Positions 15,606-25,861 of a stretch of DNA of 64,000 nt are shown here, one piece after another. A program made the translations under genes and the position numbers. Within the stretch, counting starts at the first letter, position 1, and every line of letters begins with the position of its first letter. The notes under the pieces are model-generated. The model had not been told where the DNA came from, searched no databases, and saw nothing but the letters and a program-made list of their open reading frames with translations. Source of the stretch: Paraspadella gotoi (Eukaryota > Animalia > Chaetognatha); the NCBI GenBank assembly GCA_051294375.1, contig CM119264.1:13981323-14045322 (forward strand). Reading direction: 5' to 3'.

Positions 15606-16573
15606 ATACCGATAATGAATTTGTTTAATGCTGTTCCGATTAAAATTTGAATTTGGTCGGCTACAGTTAAACTCAGCAGCGAATTCCGAAGGACTGACCT
15701 TGTTAGCCCGAGTGAACTTGCGGGTGCTAGTCTCAGTTCTGCTCGGTTCGAAGATTAGATTGCCAGGACTGAACTTGGTTAATATCCCAACACTGATTAA
15801 GTAATCATTCAGTTTTTCTGATTCCATCTACCAAAAGATCACGCGATCAGTTTCAGCGATCCCAATAAATCACCCCATCCGTCCCCTTCCCCAAAAAAGA
15901 GACGAAATTTCGGGGGAAAAAACATCTCCCAATGATCAGACAAGAGAGAGAGAGGGAGAGAGAGAGAGAGAGATGCGAAGATGGAATTGCTGGCGCCGGC
16001 GGCGGCGGCGGCGGCGGCAGCGGCGGCTTGTGGGAGGCCAAAAGATCGCAAAGTTGGGAATTAATTGACATCGTGGACGGGAAAGAATTACCAAGGGTGG
16101 CGGGAATACATCGGGAAGGCAACTAAGATGGAAATATTCTGGAATGGAATGATACAGTGATGTGGCTCGCAGCAAGTTTTACCATTGAGCTCAGACTTTG
16201 CATGAGTTTTAAAGAATTGTAAGCTGAATACTTATTTATTCAAATCAATGAAAAAATTTTATATATTTTTTTTTCTTTTTTTAACGTAATTCAATTTTAA
16301 AATTAAAGGACAAAACGACGCCGACTTATCTACAATTATTTAAATATGATGATCAGAAATTCGACGTCGTTAACCATTAACCACGAGGATAAATTTATTT
16401 GAAAAAATAATTTTGAAAACGATTAAACAGATAGTTACTTGAAACAAATACAAAACTAATATTCATTATTTAAACAAACCCAATGATCAATACATTTAAT
16501 TAAAACGTAACCAATACATAACTTGTGCATAACTAATACGTACATAACTAATACAAGCTAACACTGTCTATCC

Positions 16574-17028
16574 TTAAAAAGATGAACACGTCCGAGTTAA
16601 AGACAAAATAATCTCTCTTCTAAAAATTTCCAAGTCAACAGAGCGGACGATGTTGCAATTGGGAGATTTTCCAAGGAAGCCCCTTCTGTCTACGACCATT
16701 TGCCCGGTTGTGAACTCTCCTTTGGTCTCCACGGTGCAGTATTGCAGTTCTTTCTTTATTACGGCATCCGGGAACAAATAAGCCACCGCTGCCACCTCGT
16801 CGCACCACCACTTGCTGTCAATTTTAGGCCGAACGGTTCCGTCCATCCGACGCACAAATTCGGCCATTGGTTTCGCCGCGCGATCCAGGGTGGTCGTCCA
16901 CAAATTCCATTCCATCCGCGTTTGGTGACAAGTCTCCAAACAGATCATCCACGTGGAAGAACAATTGAGATTCTCCAAAGCATATTTGGCCATGGGCGGA
17001 TCGAATCCGAAATTGTACTCGGAACAAG
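16574..17028 (-). CDS. Nucleoside hydrolase terminal exon variant C (full protein ~331 aa)
   Basis: Acceptor ctcttgtttAG|CT, phase 1. Translates (A)CSEYNFGFDPPMAKYALENL...SKWWCDEVAAVAYLFP...YCTVETKGEFTTGQMVVDRR...TCSSF, ending in TAA. Length 455 = 2 + 151 codons. ATTAAA at 16500-16495 and AATAAA at 16399-16394 lie downstream on the minus strand. Confidence 0.88.
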
Positions 17029-17355
17029 CTAAACAAGAGTTTGGGAAAGACAAATGATTGTCATGATTATTAATCAATATTAAAAAAATTAATTTAGTTT
17101 TTAAAGCCTTGCATCGAATAAACTTAATTATTTTACTAGCTGCAATTAAAAAAAAAATAGCCGAGAACGTTCAATTATTTTTATTTAAATAAAACAAAAT
17201 CAACAAGTTTTAAAAGGCGTAACTATAATTAAGTATTGAATTTAATGTCGTTGGTAAGTTTATAAGCAAAAGAGACAATAAAACAGACCATAAGAGGTAC
17301 GATGAGCAACGCATCGACTTGATTTGAGTTGAAACAAATACGTATTAATAATTCC

Positions 17356-17798
17356 TCAAAAATAGATCAAACTGTTGGAGACTTCCTGCTTAAAAGCTTC
17401 CAAGTCAACGTTTGTTACTATGGTAGCATTGGGACGATTGTTGAGATGACGTCGTCTGTCAACGACCATCTGACCATTGGTAAACTCCCCCTTGACCTCG
17501 ACGGTGCAATATTCGTGCTCAGTTTCCAACACGCCGTCAGGAAAAAGCAACACAAAGGCGGCTACCTCGTCGTTCCAATTCTTTTTGAAGCCTTTTTTAC
17601 AAGCCGACTTCTCTATATTTTGAACAAGCTTCGAGATCGGCGAGCCGATTCGATCCAAGGTCTCTCGCCACGATGCCCAACCGACCCGATTTTTCATGCA
17701 GGTCTCCCATCCGACGATCCAAGTCGAAGAACAGCGGAGATGCTCCAGAGCGAACTTGGCAGCGGGGGGATCGAAGCCGAAGTTGAACTCGGCGCAAA
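17356..17798 (-). CDS. Nucleoside hydrolase terminal exon variant B (full protein ~327 aa)
   Basis: Acceptor tttccttcgaccAG|TT, phase 1. Translates (V)CAEFNFGFDPPAAKFALEHL...KKNWNDEVAAFVLLFP...YCTVEVKGEFTNGQMVVDRR...SLIYF, ending in TGA. Length 443 = 2 + 147 codons. AATAAA on the minus strand at 17185-17180. Confidence 0.88.
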
Positions 17799-17956
17799 CT
17801 GGTCGAAGGAAAATATAAATAAATTGGAGGGTTGTTAAAATAAACAACATCGGCTTTAATTTGTTATTAAAAGAGAAAATATATTAATATTAGAGCTGAA
17901 GTTTTCATGTAAAGAAAAAAAAATTCAAAAGGCATGACAAAAATAAATCAACAGAA

Positions 17957-18144
17957 TATGGCAACAGCCGGGTTGCCTGTGATACCCATTGGGATGGGGC
18001 ATCTCACTGTTGGCTTTGGGGGCTTCCGACCCTCAGTGACGCCTCCAGTCACTGGCGCGGTTACCCGAGGACGGTCTCGCTTTGCCAACGCAGAGGGAAG
18101 GCTGAAGGATGGTGGACGTGAGGCGGTGTTAATATACCGCCACA
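17957..18144 (-). mobile_element. 188-bp solo-LTR-like (Gypsy-type) or Ginger-like non-autonomous element, copy 1
   Basis: On the minus strand it reads TGTGGC...GCCATA (5/6 terminal inverted match). It is flanked by the 4-bp direct repeat AGAA (17953-17956 and 18145-18148) and is homologous to 28521-28753. GC-rich within an AT-rich intron. Confidence 0.75.
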
Positions 18145-18463
18145 AGAACTTCTTTCTTTTATGGTCCGATTTCTAAAAGTTGGGACGTCTCCGTTGAACT
18201 CCGTTGAACTATTTTCATTCTTCAGTTTTCGAAAACAATTACAATTCCGTAACTCTAATCCTAACAAAGGTAAAGTTTGACGAAAGAAAACAAGTCTTCT
18301 CTTGGGTACATTGTTGGTAGATAAAAATCTACTTTTAAATAAAAACAAACCATTTTATCTTTGTATAAATTCTACAAACAAAAATTCATAAAATCTACTT
18401 ACAATTAGTAATGTAGAATACAATCACAGATCTTTTTTCGAGATTATTTTTTACAGTATCATC

Positions 18464-18924
18464 TCATGCGCTCAATCGCGACAACGACAACAAAATCTCC
18501 CGGTTGAAGGCGCTCGAGTCGATGGCGGCGACGATAGAGGCGTTGGGCGGCTTCCCGAAGACGTGAAGCCTATCGACAATCATGAGTCCGTCAGTGAACT
18601 CTCCCTTAGTTTCCACGGTGCAGTACTCCCTCTCTTCCCGCGAAACCGACTCCGGAAACAGCATCACGAAGGCGGCCACTTCGTCGAAAAACTTTCTGCA
18701 TGGCGCTGAATTCGGGTGATCTCTCTGCAACGCGATTTCCATCTTCTTCGCAAAGGCCGATATGGGCGTGTCGACGCGATCCAACGACGCCGTTCGCGAG
18801 GGCCACGCCTCTTTAATTTGGAGGCAGGTTTCCAAGGCGACGATTCGCGTCGACGCGCCGGGGAGATTCTCTAGGACGAATTTGGCGGCGAACGAATCGT
18901 AGCCAAAGTTAAATTCGCTGCAAA
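18464..18924 (-). CDS. Nucleoside hydrolase terminal exon variant A (C-terminal half; full protein ~333 aa)
   Basis: Acceptor ttttttcAG|TT, phase 1. Translates (V)CSEFNFGYDSFAAKFVLENLPGASTRIVALETC...PCRKFFDEVAAFVMLFP...YCTVETKGEFTDGLMIVDR...SLSRLSA, ending in TGA at 18466-18464. Length 461 = 2 + 153 codons, with no frameshift. Confidence 0.9.
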
Positions 18925-19279
18925 CTGAAAAAAATAACTTACCTTCGAGAACGCAACGGTGTTGAAAAAAAAGAACGTAGTTTCTTTAGAGTTCAAAAAC
19001 GACGCCAAAAATAATTATAATTTTCTTAAGGTAAAGAATTTTAATTCGAGTAAGCTCTATGTAACAAGTTTACAAAGGTCGCCGTTACTTCTAGATTATC
19101 TTGTTAGTAAAACAACGGAATATTGTTTCTGGCCCAGTTATCTGGTAGAGTTGAACATTTCAAGAAGTGGACTCAGTCAACTCAGAAAACAGAAGCTCGA
19201 CTCTTACTTCATAGTCATAAAAACTATTTCTCTCTGACGCAAGGATTTAAGCCTTCATGACGCTCAATTTTTACTCCAC

Positions 19280-19461
19280 CTTTGAAGTTGGCTTGTCCGG
19301 CGTAGTTCCCGCCCATGATGGTGCAGGATCGAAGCTTCTCGCCGAGTTCGGGGTCTTTCTTCAAAGCCTTGGCCAGATTGGTCAAAGGACCCAGCATTAG
19401 CAGGTCGAGTTTGCCGCGGTACAAGTTCGCCGAGTCGATGATAACGTCGACTGCATCACGG
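19280..19461 (-). CDS. Nucleoside hydrolase coding exon 3 (last constant exon)
   Basis: Acceptor tttcAG|C follows a 74-nt intron. Translates RDAVDVIIDSANLYRGKLDLLMLGPLTNLAKALKKDPELGEKLRSCTIMGGNYAGQANFK, with the GPLTNLA and MGG motifs. The phase-1 donor AAAG|GTGGAG is inferred because it is in phase with all three downstream acceptors and gives the usual N-x4-(A/S)EFN spacing. Confidence 0.9.
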
Positions 19462-19535
19462 CTGAAATCAAAACGAAAATAAATTCTCCTCAAAATTTCT
19501 TTTTCGACCCCCCCCCCCCACATTTCGATCCTAAC

Positions 19536-19728
19536 TCCGGAGGCTGCACGACGTCATCCTTGTCCTCCCGATCGGGCATGTCCCCCAACCCATCGTGTCC
19601 GTGGTAAGGATCTTCTTCTGGAGGAACGTACGGTGTGTCGGTTCGTCCCACGAACGTCTCCACATCGTGTCCACATTTCTTTAGAACGTACTTGACGTTT
19701 TTGTAAGCGTTTATGGCGGAAGTGTTGC
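19536..19728 (-). CDS. Nucleoside hydrolase coding exon 2 (not in the ORF track)
   Basis: Acceptor tttAG|GC completes the Gly codon from exon 1. Translates GNTSAINAYKNVKYVLKKCGHDVETFVGRTDTPYVPPEEDPYHGHDGLGDMPDREDKDDVVQPP-D, with the conserved GN and HGxDGLGD motifs. Donor GA|GTTAGG. Length 193 = 2+189+2. Confidence 0.93.
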
Positions 19729-20932
19729 CTAAATGGATAGTGGGAGGTGAAAATTATTTAAATTTAATTTTATTATTCGTCAATTGTTAGAGAAACAATC
19801 AAATTCGAAAGCCCAACACGTAGAGGCAAAATACCACGTCCAAAAAACAATCTGATATTTCATATCGAGATGACTATTTAGCTTTTAATATAGCTTGATT
19901 ACTGTGTCATAGCTTGTTCTGTTTTTAGTCTCGAACATCAGTTAAATCTTAAAATATACTGTGGGTTAAGAAATAGAGGCGGGAGAGCTAACTCATAGAG
20001 GTGGTAGAAAAAATGTCAGATTAAGCACCTGCCTGGCAAACGAAAATTAGACATTTTTTAAGAACAATCTGAATAGTTAAAGTGATCTCTTACTTTTATA
20101 ATTACCTCCATACTCAATATGATTAATTGTGTTTATCATATATGTATCATGTGTAGAAATAGGCGAAAGTCTATATATATTCTTTATTTCTATTTTTTGA
20201 TTTTAGATCAGATTCAGGTTCGCTTGCAAAAAGTTGTCTACACAAAGTATAATTCATTTATATTCGATATTTTCAAGTCATACATGTAAAAATCTATGAA
20301 AAAACGATTTATAATCATTCTATCATCATTCTATTTTTCTGATCTTAATTTTGTATTATCTTTTTCCTTAATTTTGTCCAAGAGAAACATAAAATTTTGG
20401 AAAGTTGTAGTTTAAAGTCTGTATTATTTAACTTCTTATGCTCTATCAAGGAAATCCATCAAGAAAAAAGTTAAGATCTTATGATTAAATTATAAATTTT
20501 ATTATCCATGTCGATATTAGAATATTGTATTTTAATAGCAACAATAAAAGCATTAAAATCGATACTTTTTAAAAATATCTTACTTAATTTTTTCGACCTT
20601 AAAAGTAGACTTCAAGAAATAAAGTTTTGAACCCCCCCTATATTGAATTTAATTCATGTAGATTTCTAGTTAAAAGATAATTAAATTTATTTTTTTTTTT
20701 AATCTGTTTGAATATGTGGAAAGAGAAAGATAAAAAGAAGAGTTGAAAGGAAAAGCGAAAAAAGAAAAAGATACGAGAAGAGATCGGGAGAGAGAAAGAA
20801 GGAAAAAATAGGAGACGGACAGAAAGAGAGATCCAAGAAACACAGTGAGAGATGATAGGCAGAACAGAGTAAAAGCACAGAAAGACAACAAAGAGACTAC
20901 GGAGTACGGTATCTCAATTTATGAAAAAATAC

Positions 20933-21088
20933 CGTCTTACAGTGGTGACAGCCACGATTTTCGCTCGGTCGGGATTCGCGAGGATGAGAATGATCGCCTG
21001 AGCGTCGTCAAGCCCAAATCCGTGTCGATCAGGACGAGACGCCCGGTCGCGCACTCGATCTACAGATGGGGCTGCAACCATCGGACAT
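20933..21088 (-). pseudogene. Second, indel-containing copy of nucleoside hydrolase exon 1 (probably an uncorrected read or other haplotype; possibly a real duplicate)
   Basis: Near-identical to 25696-25861 (GLDDAQAIILILANPDRAKIVAVTTV is visible), but small indels break the DTDCG motif and the frame. It lies in block 20772-22700, which duplicates 25539-27247 starting immediately after a 25-N gap. Confidence 0.6.
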
Positions 21089-23699
21089 GGCGGGAATTCG
21101 GCGTGAAAAGTATCGGCGCAAACTTGCGATGGTCGAATAATCTTCGCGACTTTGAAAATGTTCAACAGTACGTCGGAAAATCGTAAGAATAAATTGTCCG
21201 ATCAAACATGAAAAAAGAAAACGGCGCGAAAAATTAAAGAGTTGACAAGAGTACTTCTCCCTCTTTTAATATTGTATTTTGTTTATTCAGTTGTAAGATG
21301 CACAAAAATAGATTTCCTTTCTTGATAAAAAATAAAAGATCATAGACTATATACGAGACAATTGAATTACTCCCGGTCAACAGGAAAATTAAATAATTTT
21401 TTTGTGTCCAATCAAAATAGTCTTGTATTAGCTGTGCGGAGTCTATATTACGATCTTCAAGGGTGTTTTAACAAGAATCGAAATTAATTCATTATGGGAA
21501 CCAGGTACTCTGGATAATAAACGAGCTGAGATCTGATGAAAGTCTGACCCTTGTCAATCTTAAGTATGGAGGCCTACCAACCTGTCAAGTCGCAAGATAG
21601 TTTTAAGAAGAAATTTATATGACATCAAGAGGTGTTAAAATTAAGAATAGCCGTTTATTTGGGTTTATGAACATTTTTAGCGGTCACTCGGATTAAAAAG
21701 AAAAGAGAGAAGAGAAAAAACAGCTAGCCATATAGAAGTACGATGGCCACATTTGCCTCACGCTTGCGGTAGTTGTATTTTAGGGTTCAACTTTGGTTTG
21801 ACCAAGTTGCATTTGGAAATCGTCGTTTTCACCCTGAGTCATTTTCTTGTCGTCTGAAATTTATTTATCCCATAAGTTATATACAATGGTTATATACAAC
21901 GTTGTCCGCATATTAAATTTATAAGTTAGAAAATTTTCATCGTTTTTTAGACAAAGTTGGCGATAAGAAAAAAGAAAAGCAAAAAAAGCAAAGAAACTAA
22001 AAAACAAAAAAATGAGTGAGAGATTAAAGCAGAGATTTTTTAATAAGAAAGCTATAAATTTCCCTTATGATTAGTATTAGCTGTTTTTAAAAAAAAAATG
22101 ACATTTGATTCTCTACCCAGCAGCATTCTAAAGAAGAGAGAACTATTTTCTATTTAAAAAAAAACTAAATTGAAGATAAATAAGATGTAAATTTAATTAA
22201 GGAAATAAGATCGAAGGGAAAAAGAAAAAACTGAATTGTATTCTGTCTCCCAGTCTCCGACTGAACCATAGACACAGGTCTTTTCAAATTTTTTTATGTT
22301 GAACTTTTCTTTTATTAAAACGCCCTTTTTTGAAAAAAATTATAAAGCCCATTTTTTGTTTTAAATTTTCCTCCTCTTCTTTCATTCGCCTATTTTTTCT
22401 TGGGATACTCAGAGTCAGAAACCATTGGATCTGGAAAAAGATTAAAAGATATAATTTAGGTAGCGGTAGCCGACCAAATTTAAATTTATAAATGGGAAGA
22501 GCATTAACAGAATCCATTATTGGTATTAGTTATTGTGTTAAAATATTGTTTTTGCAAAAATGTTCCGAACGCATTAGTAATTCGTAATTAAAATTATTAT
22601 ATCTGCCATATAATGTCAAAAAAAATTTGGGAGAATATTTTAAGTTTTTTTAATTGATTTTGAATAGAGCTCAAAAAGTTAAGCAAAAAATGACCTTTTT
22701 TAAAATTTGTCATGTTTTAACACTGACTGCGCTCTAACTTTAATGATAAGTGACTGAAAATTTATTCGTAGGTTTTTAACCATAAAAATATTTTTTGATT
22801 TGTTTAGTTATTTTTTTTTTTTTTGGCTGAGCCATCGTTCGAACGAAGTTCTGAAATCAAGATTTCCTTTATATTTTACTTCTTATTCAAAAACTTGCAT
22901 TAGTCAAGGCCCAATATAAATTATTCAATATGGGTAGATTTTCAAAAGCTTTAGCGTCTTGGGAAGCCAACGGAGGTAGAGCGCGACGAAATTCCCATTT
23001 TATTCATGCCCAAAATGCGTTAATTTTAAATGAAACTGGTCAGACCGTTTTTTCCCTTTTCCCAAAAAACCTGCTTGATCTTTTGTTAAAATAGAAACAA
23101 ATCATACCATATCAGTTATGGTTTCGGATAGCTTATTAGTCTTCTCTACTAGATAAAAAAGAAAAGTTTAAATTCTTTGCAATCTTTGAATGCTGATTAA
23201 AGCAATCAAATGAATGGTTTTTTTAGGTGAAAACTGCTAGTTCAAGCCTTCAATTTTTTTTTGTTCTAAGACCATCGAAAGAAACTGTATTTGTTTTTTA
23301 CTAATTTGTTTTCAGGTAGAGCGCGGGGGTAAATTTAGAGAGTTTAATTAAATTATAGAAGCAAATAGAAAGGATATCAAGTTTTTGCACCGCTAAAAGC
23401 TTTTTTTAAGCGCGTTCCGGTCTGTATTGAAAATCGGTTGACGTAGGTTATCAATGAGACATCAATTAAAAATAAGCATTGATCATGCGCGATCCTGCGG
23501 GCCAGATAAATACCATTATTTTCAAACATGGCTTTACCGTTATTTTTACGTTTTAGAACGGCAGTCTGTAATGAAATGTTTTGAATTTCACGCCTGTGAT
23601 ATTGGCGTTCTAGCGTCGTTTGTCCCTTGTTAGTCTCTTTATCTTATCTCTTGAAGAGACATTAATTATTGTTATGTGATAGTGACAAAACCGTTCAAT

Positions 23700-23870
23700 A
23701 AAAATCTTAAAAGCAATAGGGATCGAGCCTACTTTATGATACCAAATATTGATGCGATGATAACCAAATATTTGATGCGAAGATAACGAAGGATTTGATG
23801 CGATTGATAACCAAAATTGATGGATGCGATGGTGTAATCATGCGATGATAGTCATTCATTTGACGTCACG
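23700..23870 (-). mobile_element. 3' end of a second copy of the same HINE-like family, reverse orientation
   Basis: ATCGAGCCTACTTT at 23722 onward is the reverse complement of AAAGTAGGCTCGAT (7276-7289). It is followed by the reverse complement of the ATCATCGCATCAAT minisatellite seen at 7060-7270. Confidence 0.6.
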
Positions 23871-23877
23871 TGGACTT

Positions 23878-25110
23878 TTGAAAAAGTATGCATATTTTAA
23901 AAAAAAGTATGCTCTTTTTCCAAAGTATGCCTACTTTTTCAAAGTATGCCTACTTTTTTCAAAGTATGCCTACTTTTTTCAAGTATTGCCTACTTTTCAA
24001 AAGTATGCCTACTTTTTTCAAAGATGCATACTTTTTTCATAGTTATGCATACTTTTTTCATAGTATTGCATACTTTTTTCATAGTATGCATACTTTTGTT
24101 CATAGTATGCATACTTTTTTAATAGTTATGCATACTTTTTTCATTTAGTATGCATACTTTTTACTTTTTGAAAAAAAGTATGGCATACTTTTTTCAAAGT
24201 ATGTCATATCTTTTACAAAAGTATGCATATCTTTTCAAAGTTATGCATACTTTTTTTCAAAGTAGCCATACTTTTTTCAAAAGTATGCATATCTTTTTCA
24301 AAGTATGCATATCTTTTTCAAAGTATGCATATCTTTTCAAAGTATGCATACTTTTTAAAAGGTATGCATATCTTTTTCAAAGTATGCATTATCTTTTCAA
24401 AGTATGCATATCTTTTTCAAAAGTATGGCATATCTTTTTCAAAGTATGCATATTCTTTTTCAAAGTATGCATATCTTTTCAAAGATGCATATCTTTTTTC
24501 AAAGTATGGCATATCTTTTTCAAAGTATGCATATCCTTTTCAAAGTATGCATATCTTTTTCAAAGTATGCATATCTTTTCAAAGTATGCATATCTTTTTT
24601 CAATATATGCATATCTTTTTTCAAAGTATGCATATCTTTTTCAACTTGCATATCTTTTTCCAACTTGCATATCTTTCAACTGCATATCTTTTTCAACTGC
24701 ATATCTTTTTCAACTTGCATATCTTTTTCAACTTGCATATTCTTTTTTCAACTTGCATATCTTTTCAACTTGCATATCTTTTTCAACTTGCATATCTTTT
24801 TCACTTGCATATCTTGTTTCAACTTGCATATCTTTTTTTCAACTTGCATATCCTTTTTCAACTTGATTACTCTTTTTCAACTTGCATATCTTTTTCAAAC
24901 TTCTTTTTTCTTTCTGCATATCTTTTTCAACTGCATATCTTTTTCAGCTTGATATCTTTTTTCAACTTGCATTATCTTTTGTCAACTTGCATATCTTTTT
25001 TCAACTTGCATATCTTTTTTCAACTTGCATATCTTTTTCAACTTGCATATCTTTTTCAACTTGCATATCTTTTTCAACTTGCCATATCTTTTTCAACTTG
25101 CATACTTTTA
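23878..25110. repeat. Tandem satellite array, 18-21-bp unit (AAAGTATGCATA(T)CTTTTTC grading to AACTTGCATATCTTTTTC)
   Basis: Roughly 60 head-to-tail units with no unique spacers. It explains the repetitive KYAYLF/MHIFF ORFs in the track. Confidence 0.92.
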
Positions 25111-25695
25111 AACTTGATTACCGACTAAATATCTTAGTCAAATCCGACATTGTTTGCCCAAACTTGTTCATAATAAAAATAAAGCCGGATTCAGATTATG
25201 ACAAAATTTTTTAAATAATAATATCGTCATCATCATTAGTAAATTGAAAATTTAATCGTGAGAGTACGATGCTGCAATTCTTAATCTTGAATTACGATAT
25301 TAAATTGAGTAGTTTAATTAGTAGTTTTGCTGGTGAGATTCAGTCAATATACTTTCAATTTATTACTTCCTTTGGCTCTCTTGTCTTTTCCTTGTTTTAT
25401 TCTGTTATAATTATGTTATTTTTTGTGATTAATATTGTAAAGGATTCCTTTTTTTTCCGAGCTTCGCTCTATTCTATTTTCTCTTAGAGGCCCGCGTTCG
25501 ATCTCTCTCTTTTNNNNNNNNNNNNNNNNNNNNNNNNNTACGAGAAGAGATCGGGAGAGAGAAAGAAGGAAAAAATAGGGAGACGGACAGAAAGAGAGAT
25601 CCAAGAAACACAGTGAGAGATATAGGCAGAACAGAGTAAAACAGAAAGACAACAAAGAGACTACGGAGTACGGTATCTCAATTTATGAAAAATAC

Positions 25696-25861
25696 CGTCT
25701 ACAGTGGTGACAGCCACGATTTTCGCTCGGTCGGGATTCGCGAGGATGAGAATGATCGCCTGAGCGTCGTCAAGCCCACAATCCGTGTCGATCAGGACGA
25801 GACGCCGGTCGTCGGCGTCGCCTCGATTGCTGACCGACTGGGGGCCTGCAACCTCGGACAT
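25696..25861 (-). CDS. Nucleoside hydrolase (IUNH family), coding exon 1, clean copy
   Basis: ATG at 25861-25859 in the context cgccATG. Translates MSEVAGPQSVSNRGDADDRRLVLIDTDCGLDDAQAIILILANPDRAKIVAVTTVD-G, with the family DxDxxxDD Ca2+-binding motif. Ends in a phase-1 donor G|GTATTT (GT at 25695-25694). Length 166 = 55 codons + 1. Confidence 0.92.

Noticed and set aside
17957-18144. Known self-cleaving ribozyme (hammerhead, HDV-like, twister) or 7SK/RNase P/SRP RNA
   Set aside because: Partial look-alikes (TAACACCGCC, TCACGT, CTGAGG) lack the required partner motifs in both copies. TSDs point to a mobile element. A cmscan run would settle it.
16574-18924. Three separate nucleoside hydrolase genes, or assembly-duplicated exons
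   Set aside because: There is no room and no motif for exons 1-3 between them. The copies are strongly diverged yet frame-intact, unlike the indel-rich, near-identical artefact copies elsewhere.
23878-25110. CRISPR-like array or long repetitive ORFs (238-301 aa)
   Set aside because: The units are contiguous with no unique spacers and no cas genes, in a eukaryotic context. The ORFs are open frames of a stop-poor satellite.
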